Assembly: GCA_965261975.1 (NCBI GenBank)
Contig: CBDHEC010000003.1
Coordinates: 62,142 to 126,141, forward strand
Direction: 5' to 3'
Origin: Alphaproteobacteria bacterium
Lineage (GTDB): Bacteria > Pseudomonadota > Alphaproteobacteria > UBA6615
Length of the DNA: 64,000 nucleotides
The notes below the pieces were generated by a model. The model searched no databases, was not told the origin of the DNA, and saw only the letters and a program-made list of their open reading frames with translations. Below are positions 30,040-38,649 of this stretch, one piece after another; position 1 is the stretch's first letter, and each line of letters opens with the position of its first letter. The translations under genes were made by a program, and so were the position numbers.

Positions 30040-30867
30040 ATGTCACGCACCACACAACCCGAAATCGCATCCGAACGGGGCCATGCCGTCGGCCCGGCCG
30101 AGGCGCCGCACGACAAGGCCCTCGCCCTTAAGGGGCTGACTGTTTCCTATGGCGAGAAACCAGCGGTCTTCTCAGTCGATGCAACCTTCAACGCCGGCGG
30201 CATGTCGGCCATTGTCGGACCGAACGGAGCCGGAAAATCCACCCTGCTGAAGGCCGCGTTGGGGGTTATTCCGCGTTTGTCCGGTGAGGTCCACGTATTC
30301 GGACAATCGCTCCGCAACGCCCGCACCCACATCGCCTATGTGCCGCAGAGCGCGAGCGTCGACTGGGATTTCCCGACCACGGTGCTGGATGTCGTCCAGA
30401 TGGGGCTCTATCGCAAGGTCGGGCTTCTCGGACGGCTCTCGGGCCAGGCGCGGCGCCAGGCCAATGAATGCCTCGACCGGGTCGGCATGGTCGATTTCGC
30501 GCATCGCCAGATTGGCCAACTCTCAGGCGGCCAGCAGCAGCGTGTGTTTCTCGCCCGCGCGCTGGCGCAGGACGCCGACCTTTTCCTCCTCGACGAGCCG
30601 TTCGCAGGCGTGGACGCCGCAACCGAGCGGGCAATCATCGGCGTACTGAAACTGCTCAAGAACGAGGGCAAGACGGTCATCGCCGTGCATCATGACCTCG
30701 CCACGGTACGCGACTACTTCGATCAGGTGCTCCTGCTCAACGTGAGACCCATCGCCGAAGGCCCGGTCGAGACGACCTTCACACCTGAGAACCTCCAAGC
30801 GACATACGGCGGGCGGCTCGCCGCCACCCATCTCAGCGAACTGGCGGTGGCGGACGGCGGGCGATGA
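30040..30867 (+). CDS. troB: Mn/Zn ABC transporter ATP-binding protein
   Basis: [38 protein letters not shown]. Confidence 0.9.
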   Translation: MSRTTQPEIASERGHAVGPAEAPHDKALALKGLTVSYGEKPAVFSVDATFNAGGMSAIVGPNGAGKSTLLKAALGVIPRLSGEVHVFGQSLRNARTHIAYVPQSASVDWDFPTTVLDVVQMGLYRKVGLLGRLSGQARRQANECLDRVGMVDFAHRQIGQLSGGQQQRVFLARALAQDADLFLLDEPFAGVDAATERAIIGVLKLLKNEGKTVIAVHHDLATVRDYFDQVLLLNVRPIAEGPVETTFTPENLQATYGGRLAATHLSELAVADGGR

Positions 30868-32078
30868 ACCTGTTCGTCGACGCGCTTTTCCTGCAGGCCG
30901 GCTACAACGCCGCACTGGTCGCGATCGGCGCCGGGCTTCTTGGTTTCGCGGCGGGCGCATCGGGTACATTTCCCTTTCTGCGCAAACGCGCACTGATCTC
31001 GGATGCCGTCGCCCATGCCACGCTTCCCGGTGTAGGTCTTGCTTTTGTCGTGATGGTCGCCTTCGGCGGCGACGGGCGCAGCCTTCTCGGCCTGATCGCG
31101 GGATCGGCCGTCACCGCCTGGATCGGGCTGCTGCTGATCGAATGGATCAGCCGCCGGACTCGGCTCGCGGAGGATGCGGCCATCGGCGCGGTTCTGGGCG
31201 TCTTTTTCGGTGTGGGTATCGTGTTGCTGACCGTCATCCAGGCCATGAGCGCGGGCCGGCAGGCGGGGCTCGAGAGCTTCCTTCTGGGCTCGACCGCCGG
31301 GATGCTGCTCCAGGACGCCATCGTGATTGCCGTGGGCGGCTCGCTGGCCGTGCTGCTCACATGGCTGATGCGCCGGCCGATGACACTCGTGGCGTTCGAC
31401 AGCGATTATGCCGCAGCACTCGGCTACGACGTGCGCCGCATCGACCTCCTGATGATGGGCCTCGTCCTCTCCGTCACCGTTATCGGGCTCAAGCTGGTGG
31501 GCCTCATCCTGATCGTTGCGATGCTCATCATCCCCGCCGTCGCCGCACGGTTCTGGACAGATCGCTCGACCAGCATGATCTGGATTGCCGGCGGCATTGG
31601 TGGCGCATCGGGATATCTCGGCGCCGTTCTTTCTGCATCGGCGCCCGCCATGCCGACCGGTCCGATCATCGTCCTCGTCGCGGCGAGCATTTTCATCTTC
31701 TCGCTGCTGTTCGCTCCGGAACGCGGCGTTCTCGCAGCCCTGCTCCGACGCCGCGGCTTCCAGGCCCGGGTGCACAGACGCCAGGGGTTACTCTCGCTCG
31801 CCGCTCAACATCCCATTCGCGAGGCCTACACGCTCCGCCTTCTTGCACGCGAAGGCCTCGTTCGCCCGGACGGCGTCCCGACGGACGCCGGTCGCGCTCA
31901 GGCCGCCAAGATCACCCGAGACGAACGTCGCTGGGACGTGGCGCGGGAGATCTACCAGGACGCGGGTTTAACGGGCCGCTATGACGGTCTGACGCCCATC
32001 GAAGATGTCTTCACGTCCGACGAGATTGCGGAATTCGATCGTCGGCTCGGCCCCCCCGTAACCGTGAGCAGCGATTGA
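30864..32078 (+). CDS. troC: Mn/Zn ABC permease with C-terminal DtxR-like extension
   Basis: ABC-3 motifs [30 protein letters not shown]; soluble tail of about 110 aa. Confidence 0.88.
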   Translation: MNLFVDALFLQAGYNAALVAIGAGLLGFAAGASGTFPFLRKRALISDAVAHATLPGVGLAFVVMVAFGGDGRSLLGLIAGSAVTAWIGLLLIEWISRRTRLAEDAAIGAVLGVFFGVGIVLLTVIQAMSAGRQAGLESFLLGSTAGMLLQDAIVIAVGGSLAVLLTWLMRRPMTLVAFDSDYAAALGYDVRRIDLLMMGLVLSVTVIGLKLVGLILIVAMLIIPAVAARFWTDRSTSMIWIAGGIGGASGYLGAVLSASAPAMPTGPIIVLVAASIFIFSLLFAPERGVLAALLRRRGFQARVHRRQGLLSLAAQHPIREAYTLRLLAREGLVRPDGVPTDAGRAQAAKITRDERRWDVAREIYQDAGLTGRYDGLTPIEDVFTSDEIAEFDRRLGPPVTVSSD

Positions 32079-33010
32079 TGGGCACCGAATTCGTTCAGCT
32101 TTCGCTCACCCCGATCCTGATCGGCATTCTCGCGGCTATCGCCTGCGCGCTCCCGGGGAACTTTCTGATACTGCGCCGGCAGGCGCTCATCGGCGACGCT
32201 ATCAGCCATGTCGTGCTGCCGGGAATCGTGGTGGCGTTTTTGCTGACGGGCGTCATTTCGGCCATTCCCATGTTGCTCGGTGCGGCGGGCGCCGCCCTGG
32301 TGGCGGTCGTTCTGATCGAAATCTTGAAGCGGTTGGGTGGAATCGAATCGGGTGCGGCCATGGGCGCGGTTTTCACGACCATGTTTGCCGCAGGCGTACT
32401 GGTTCTCGAACAGTCCGACACGAGCAGCGTGCACCTCGACGTTGAACATGCCCTCATGGGTAACCTGGAATCCCTGGTCTGGTTAAGCGCCGAAGGCTGG
32501 CACTCGCTGCTGGACCCGACAATACTCGCGACCCTGCCGGGCGAGTTGGTCCGCATCGCGACGGTCTGCGCCATCGTGGTGGTGCTGACCGTGATTTTCT
32601 GGCGCTGGCTCAAGATTTCGACCTTCGACGAAGGCTTCGCCCAGGCACTTGGAATACCCGCTACCGCGCTCGGCCTCGGCCTTGTCATCGTCGCCGCAAT
32701 TGCCGCCGTCGCCGCCTTCGACGCCGTGGGTTCGATCATCGTCATCGCCATGTTCATCTGCCCGCCCGCAGCCGCGCGATTGATGACAAATCGGCTCGAG
32801 CGCCAGATCGGATGGTCCATCGCCTTCGCGACGCTCTCCGCCGTGCTGGGATACATCCTCGCGGGCTACGGACCGCTTTGGTTCGGCGCCCAGGGTTCCG
32901 TCAGCGCCGCGGGCATGATTGCCGTGGTTTCCGGGATCATCCTCGCGGCTGCCTGCCTCTATGGCCCGCACCGCGCGCGTATCGGTGTTGCGCGGCAGGA
33001 GGAGGCGTGA
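32078..33010 (+). CDS. troD: Mn/Zn ABC permease
   Basis: LIGDAISHVVLPG, VHLDVEHALMG, AFDAVGSIIV; TGATG overlap with troC. Confidence 0.88.
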   Translation: MGTEFVQLSLTPILIGILAAIACALPGNFLILRRQALIGDAISHVVLPGIVVAFLLTGVISAIPMLLGAAGAALVAVVLIEILKRLGGIESGAAMGAVFTTMFAAGVLVLEQSDTSSVHLDVEHALMGNLESLVWLSAEGWHSLLDPTILATLPGELVRIATVCAIVVVLTVIFWRWLKISTFDEGFAQALGIPATALGLGLVIVAAIAAVAAFDAVGSIIVIAMFICPPAAARLMTNRLERQIGWSIAFATLSAVLGYILAGYGPLWFGAQGSVSAAGMIAVVSGIILAAACLYGPHRARIGVARQEEA

Positions 33011-33144
33011 TGCAGAAGCAGGACAGGCAAATGGGTACGGCCTTCTTTGGAATCGCGGCGGATGCAATGGTGTGCACCATGATCGAGGCTGCCCGAAACA
33101 TGACGACGCGCGGATGCAGCCGCGCAACCAAGGTGCAGGCCTGA
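33010..33144 (+). CDS. 44-aa small protein, translationally coupled between troD and mntR
   Basis: GGAGGAGG RBS; ATG overlaps the troD TGA and its own TGA overlaps the mntR ATG; MQKQDRQMGTAFFGIAADAMVCTMIEAARNMTTRGCSRATKVQA. Confidence 0.55.
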   Translation: MQKQDRQMGTAFFGIAADAMVCTMIEAARNMTTRGCSRATKVQA

Positions 33145-33617
33145 TGGCGGAGCGCATTAAACCCGTCACTGCCGAGACACCGGACGAATCCGACGAGATG
33201 ATGGATGCGGACCGACAGGCCGCCCAGTTCGAGCGGGTTCGCACTGCCCAGCAGACCGAGAAGGCCGAAGATTATGTCGAGATGATCGACGACCTGATCA
33301 ACGCCTATGGCGAGGCGCGGGTCACGGATCTGGCCCAACGCTTCGGGGTCTCCCACGCGACGGTCAACAAGATCGTCAAGCGGCTGCAGCGCGACGGACT
33401 GGTCACGTCACGCCCCTATCGGTCGATCTTCCTGACCGAGCAAGGCAGCGCGCTGGCCGACGCGTCGCGCAAGCGCCATCAGATCGTGCTGAATTTCCTG
33501 CGTGCCATCGGCGTCAGCGCCCGCAACGCCGAGCTCGATGCCGAAGGTATCGAGCACTATGTCAGTGCCGAGACCCTGGCGGCCTTCGCGAAGATCACGT
33601 CCGAAAAGGACGGCTGA
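33144..33617 (+). CDS. mntR: Manganese-dependent transcriptional regulator MntR (DtxR family)
   Basis: EDYVEMI, ARVTDLAQRFGVSHATV, RPYRSIFLT, RHQIV, DAEGIEHYVS; E. coli MntR-like. Confidence 0.9.
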   Translation: MAERIKPVTAETPDESDEMMDADRQAAQFERVRTAQQTEKAEDYVEMIDDLINAYGEARVTDLAQRFGVSHATVNKIVKRLQRDGLVTSRPYRSIFLTEQGSALADASRKRHQIVLNFLRAIGVSARNAELDAEGIEHYVSAETLAAFAKITSEKDG

Positions 33618-33627
33618 GCGGGCCTAG

Positions 33628-34636
33628 TCACCCAGCAGGAACGGCAGCGCCTTTGCCAGCGTGTCCGTTGGATTTTCCTCGACATAGAAATGCCCGCCAT
33701 CGACCAGCTCCACCCTTGAACACCGGGCAGGAACTATTTCTCAAGCCCCTCGTAGTTTTCGACCGGCATCGGCGGCTCATCCGAGCCCTGCAACACCATG
33801 CATCGGCGGCTTCCCAGGCCGGGATCAGCCGGGTGCGCCGGTCAATCCAGTCCTTGCGAAAGGTCGAGGACTGAAAATAGCGCTCCACCGCCAGGCCTGT
33901 GCCGGGCCGCGAGAACTCCTGAATGGCGCGGATCACATCGGGCTTTGGGGATCGGGTGCTTGCACAGCCTTCCGAAACCCCACTGGAACATCTTCACCGG
34001 GTCCTGAAGGATTCCCCGCGTTTCCAGATCGGTGAACAGGTCAGTTCCTGGGGCGCGAGATCCGGGTGAAAGTGGATCAGGTGCTGGGAGCCGCGCACCC
34101 AGCGCCGATCACCCGTTTGCCAGCTTGGCTGGCCGCGATGAAATCGGCCTGCACCGTGCCCCGGTCGTGACTGAAGAGGTGGAAATCGGTCCATCGCCAA
34201 TCGTGTCGAGTAGCGAGACCACCTGCGTCGGCTGACGCCTTCGTGGCGATAGTCACCGCGCTGCTTGTCCGACTGGCCGTAGCCTTTCAGATCAATGGCA
34301 ACGCAATGAAAATGCTTCGCGAGCTCCGGCAGGATCGGCCGCCACATGGCACCAGGACTGCGGGATACCGTGCAGCAGCAACAAGCGTCGGGCCCTGCAC
34401 CGGCCTCCACGAAGTGCCAGCGCACCGTCTCGCTTTCGCCCGGTGCATCCACGAAGCGATGGGTCACGGCAAGGCCGTGCGACATCCTCCACTCTCGCCA
34501 TCGCTGTTCTCCGGTGCAGGCGGGACGCCCTCCGCAGCGATCTCCATCAAGGGTTGCGACCATCTCCGGGATGATTGTGGCCCTCGCGCATCAGTGTCAG
34601 CGCCGCTTCGCTGGGCTTGCGGTATTCGAGCTTCAT
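33628..34636 (-). pseudogene. Epoxide hydrolase-like alpha/beta hydrolase, broken by several frameshifts (probably sequencing errors)
   Basis: Fragments in alternating frames: MKLEYRKPSE, THRFVDAPGESETVRWHFVEAG, LLHGIPQSW, AIDLKGYGQSDK, HDRGTVQADF, SQHLIHFHP, DGGHFY. Confidence 0.7.
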
Positions 34637-34655
34637 GACTGGGCCTTTCACAATT

Positions 34656-34767
34656 CCCCCTCTCCTCCCTTGGGGAGGAGAGGGTCGGGGTGAGGTGGGC
34701 GCCCTCTCAGCATAGAAACAAGCCCCACCTCACCCTAACCCTCTCCGCCCCCATGGGGCAGAGAGGG
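34656..34767. repeat. REP-like intergenic palindromic element (CCTCACCCTAACCCTCTCC family)
   Basis: CCCTCTCCTCCC-tt-GGGGAGGAGAGGG hairpin, GGGTGAGGTGGG...CCCACCTCACCC inverted arms, then CCCTCTC...GAGAGGG; related copy at 63037-63141. Confidence 0.75.
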
Positions 34768-34779
34768 AACATGTCGAGA

Positions 34780-35771
34780 CTAGACCGTCAGGACTGTCGA
34801 GCCGGTGGTCTTGTCCCTCGGCAGACATCGATCTGGGCCCGGTTGCGGCGTCTTCCAGCTTGTAGCGTCTGGCCGATCACCGGTCGTCACTGTCGCCCGC
34901 CGCAATCGCCGCGAACAGCGTCGCGGCGCTGTCCTCCAGCTCCTGCGCGGTTCAGGTGGTAGAAGCGCATGGAGGCCTTGGTGAAGAACAGCGAGCCTTT
35001 GACGTTCAGTTCCACCGCATCGATCGGCGGCAGCGGGCCCGACGCATTGCCGAAGTTCACCATGTAGCCGCGCGGGCGGAGGGAATCGATGGACCCCTGC
35101 CAGTGGTCCTTACCAACCGCTGTCATAAACCACGTCGACGCCAGTCCCGCCGGTCACATCGCGGGCGACCTCCTGGAAATTCTCGGTCTTGTAGTTGACG
35201 GCATGGGCAGCGCCGTTGGCCAGGATCGTCTCCTTCTTGGCATCGGAACCCACCGTGCCGATGACATTCACGCCCTTGGCCGCCAGCCACTGGCACAGGA
35301 ACAGGCCGACCCCGCCGGCCGCCGCATGCACCAGCGCCGTCTCACCGGCCTGGGCCGCATAGGTGCGATGGATCAGGTACTCGGCCGTCATGCCCTTGAG
35401 CATGCTCGCGGCCGCCACCTCGTCGGAGACAGTGTCCGGCAGCACCACCACCTGGGCCGCGTCGATCAGACGGGCCTCGGCATAGGCGCCGGGGAACGTC
35501 GAAGCATAGGCCACCCGGTCACCTTCCTTGATGTTCCAGAGACCCCGTCGCCGACCGCCTCGACCACCCCTGCGGCTTCCGTGCCCAGCACCGACGGCAA
35601 CTCGGGCAGCACGGGATAGATCCCCTTGCGCACCGCGATATCGAGGAAGTTGAAACCAATCACCGTGTGGCGCAGGCGCAGCTCGCCCGGGCCGGGGTCA
35701 CCGACCTCGATATCTTCCCACTTCAGAACATCGACGTCGCCGAACTCATGGATACGAACTGCTTTCACCAT
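34780..35771 (-). pseudogene. qor: NADPH:quinone oxidoreductase (zeta-crystallin/MDR), frameshifted (probably sequencing errors)
   Basis: MVKAVRIHEFG...LGTEAAGVVEAVG / AAASMLKGMTAEYL...HAAAGGVG...VDVVYD / FGNASG...KGSLF...KTTGSTVL* in at least three frames. Confidence 0.8.
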
Positions 35772-35868
35772 CACGGGGGTCCCCTCAAACGGATTTATGC
35801 CTACAGAAAGATTGTTGTCCGCCGAACCGGCGGCATAGCTGATCTAGTCTTTCCTCCCGGAAAGGAAA

Positions 35869-36456
35869 TCAGCCGGTCTCGATTTCTTCCATGCCCTCGG
35901 GCAGCGCGAAATTCTCGAGCCGGACCAGCTTGCCGTCCTCCACGCCCAGCCCGGTATGTTTCGCGCGCTCCAGCACCTCGGGATGCCAGGTAACCGGTCC
36001 GCCGCCATCCTGCTGGCCGACCATGGCCAGGATCACGACCTCTTCGTCGCCCGGGTTGCGGAAACCGCGCATCACGCCCTCGGGCACCGAAATCGTGTCC
36101 CAGGGTTCCAGCGTCAGTTCCTCCTCGCCATCGTCCCCCCAGTAGACGACCAGGCTGCCGTTGAGCGGCATGAAGACCTCGGCGGTCTCGTGGCTGTGGA
36201 GTGCCGCACCGGTGTTGGCCTCGCAGGTGATGAAGGCGACGGTGAAGCCATGGTCGTCGGCAATCGGCGGGTTCATGCGCGGGTCCTCGACCACGCCGCG
36301 GCCGGTGACCTTGAGGTTCTTCTTGCGATGCTCGGGCAGGAGGGAGTCGACGAAGGCGACATTGAATTTCTTGAGGTCCTTGAAGCGGGCCACGCGGGTC
36401 GCTTCCATCTCCGCGCGTGAAACCTTGGGCGACACATGTTCGGCGGGCTTGCTCAT
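35869..36456 (-). CDS. Cupin domain protein
   Basis: GAALHSHETAEVF and LEPWDTISVPEGVMRGFRN cupin motifs; GGAGGA RBS. Confidence 0.85.
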   Translation of the reverse strand: MSKPAEHVSPKVSRAEMEATRVARFKDLKKFNVAFVDSLLPEHRKKNLKVTGRGVVEDPRMNPPIADDHGFTVAFITCEANTGAALHSHETAEVFMPLNGSLVVYWGDDGEEELTLEPWDTISVPEGVMRGFRNPGDEEVVILAMVGQQDGGGPVTWHPEVLERAKHTGLGVEDGKLVRLENFALPEGMEEIETG

Positions 36457-36553
36457 CTTCGGTCCTCCTCCACTTGTTTGCGGCCATCGGGCTGTCTAGG
36501 CTTTGCGCCAATGTGCCAACAAGGCACGCGCAGACCAAGGGGGAAGTTCCATC

Positions 36554-37429
36554 ATGTCTCGACCCGTGATCATCAGCTGCGCCGTCACCGGCGCTGCCGA
36601 CAGCAAGGGCGCCAATCCGGCCGTACCCGTCACACCCGAAGAAATCGCCAACGAGGCGATCGCCGCCAACAAGGCGGGTGCTGCCATCGCGCATATCCAC
36701 GTCCGCAATGTCGAGACGGGCAAGGCGAGCATGGACACCAAGCTCTACAAGGAAGTGGTCGACCGCATCCGGGATTCGGGCTCGCCCGTGATCATCAACC
36801 TCACCACCGGCCCCGGCGGCCGCTTCTCGCCGGACCGGGACGACCCGATGAAGGCCGCTCCCGGCTCGGTCATGAAGACCGCGGTCGAGCGCGTCGCCCA
36901 CGTCGTCGAGAACAAGCCCGACATCTGTTCGCTCGACATCGCGACCATGAACTTCGGCGACCGGCCGATGGTCAACGCGCCGGACATGCTGGGCGAGATG
37001 GCAGTGCTGATCCAGGAAGCGGGCGTGAAACCCGAACTGGAAGTCTTCGACACCGGCCATGTGCGCCTCGCCAACCACATGTTGGAAACCGGCGCGATCA
37101 AGGACGACAAGCCGCTCTACCAGCTCTGCCTGGGCATCCCCTGGGGTGCGCCGGCCAATGCCGAGACGATGATGCTGATGCGCGACATGCTGCCGGCGGG
37201 CGCCAACTGGGCGTCGTTCGGAATCTCGCGCTTCGAGTTCCCCATGGTGGCCTCGGCCGTCCTGCTCGGCGGCCATTGCCGGGTCGGGCTCGAGGACAAT
37301 CTCTACATCGCGCGCGGCGAGCTCGCCTCGGGCAACGCCCAGCTGGTCGAGCGGGCCGCCCAGATCATCGAGAGCACCGGCGACACGGTCGCCACACCGG
37401 ACGAGGCGCGGGAGATCTTCGGGCTATAA
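36554..37429 (+). CDS. Beta-keto acid cleavage enzyme (BKACE, 3-keto-5-aminohexanoate cleavage family)
   Basis: IISCAVTGA, PVTPEEIA, AGAAIAHIHVR, INLTTG, KPELEVFD, GGHCRVGLEDN. Confidence 0.92.
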   Translation: MSRPVIISCAVTGAADSKGANPAVPVTPEEIANEAIAANKAGAAIAHIHVRNVETGKASMDTKLYKEVVDRIRDSGSPVIINLTTGPGGRFSPDRDDPMKAAPGSVMKTAVERVAHVVENKPDICSLDIATMNFGDRPMVNAPDMLGEMAVLIQEAGVKPELEVFDTGHVRLANHMLETGAIKDDKPLYQLCLGIPWGAPANAETMMLMRDMLPAGANWASFGISRFEFPMVASAVLLGGHCRVGLEDNLYIARGELASGNAQLVERAAQIIESTGDTVATPDEAREIFGL

Positions 37430-37436
37430 GGCAACA

Positions 37437-37964
37437 ATGCGCGAAGGGCTCGAAATACGCGAAAGCCTTCCCGCCGATCTCGCCGCGATCGAGACGCTCT
37501 ATCCCGATGCCTTCCCCGACGAGGATCTGTTGCCGGTCGTTCAGGAATTGCTGAACGAAAAGGCCGGCGTGATCTCGCTCGTCGCACACGCCGATGACGC
37601 CCTGGTGGGAAACGTCATCTTCACGGCTTGCACCGTTGCCGGACGGCCCGAAGAGGTCACGCTCCTGGGGCCGCTCGGCGTCGCCACGGCGTGGCAGGAG
37701 CGCGGCATCGGCAGCGCGCTTGTCCGCGCCGGCCTGCAACACCCGATGAACGCGCGTGCGGCTCGTGTCTATGTGCTCGGTGATCCCGCCTATTACGGGC
37801 GGTTCGGATTCACGTCCGATGAGAGTGTTGCACCGCCCTATCCCCTGCCTGAGGAATGGCGCAGCGCCTGGCAGTCTCTGGGTCCACGAGGCACGGAACC
37901 GCCGCGCGGCGGAAAACTCGAGGTGCCCCAACCCTGGCGGCAGCCTGCTTTATGGGCGGCCTAG
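37437..37964 (+). CDS. GNAT N-acetyltransferase (YhbS-like)
   Basis: LLGPLGV...WQERGIGSALV, VLGDPAYYGRFGF. Confidence 0.85.
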   Translation: MREGLEIRESLPADLAAIETLYPDAFPDEDLLPVVQELLNEKAGVISLVAHADDALVGNVIFTACTVAGRPEEVTLLGPLGVATAWQERGIGSALVRAGLQHPMNARAARVYVLGDPAYYGRFGFTSDESVAPPYPLPEEWRSAWQSLGPRGTEPPRGGKLEVPQPWRQPALWAA

Positions 37965-37977
37965 CCCGGGTGCAAGC

Positions 37978-38649
37978 CTACGCGATCCCGCCCATGCAGA
38001 CGTATTTGATCTCCACATAGTCGTCGATGCCGTAGTGGGAGCCCTCGCGGCCCACGCCTGATTCCTTGACCCCGCCGAAGGGTGCCACTTCGGTCGAGAT
38101 GAGGCCGGTGTTCACGCCGACGATGCCGGATTCGAGCCCCTCGGAGACCTTCCAAACCCGCTTCAGGTCGTTGGCGTAGAAATACGCCGCCAGGCCGAAC
38201 TCCGTGTCGTTGGCCATGGCGATGCCCTCTTCGTCACTGCCGAACCGATAGAGCGGCGCCAGCGGCCCGAAGGTCTCCTCGTGGCTGACATCCATGTCCG
38301 GGGTGACCTCGACCAGGATGGTCGGCTGAAAGAAAGTGCCGCCCAACTCGTGGCGCCCGCCGCCCACGGCGACCTTGGCGCCCTTGCCCACCGCGTCGGC
38401 GATATGCTGCTCGACCTTCTCCACCGCGGCCATGTCGATCAGCGGGCCCTGCTGGACGTCGTCCGACATGCCGTCGCCGACATTGAGCTTCGCCACGGCG
38501 GTGGCCAGCTTCGCGGCAAACGCGTCATAGACCCCGTCCTGCACCAGGATGCGGTTGGCGCAGACACAGGTCTGGCCGGTGTTGCGATACTTGGACGCGA
38601 TGGCGCCCACCACCGCGGCGTCCAGGTCGGCGTCGTCGAACACGACGAA
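37978..38649 (-). pseudogene. gabD: C-terminal half of NADP-dependent succinate-semialdehyde dehydrogenase
   Basis: [28 protein letters not shown] (catalytic Cys), [21 protein letters not shown]; the N-terminal nucleotide-binding half and ELGGNAP are absent. Confidence 0.85.

Noticed and set aside
33628-35771. Programmed ribosomal frameshifting
   Set aside because: Multiple scattered indels per gene without slippery heptamers fit sequencing error better.
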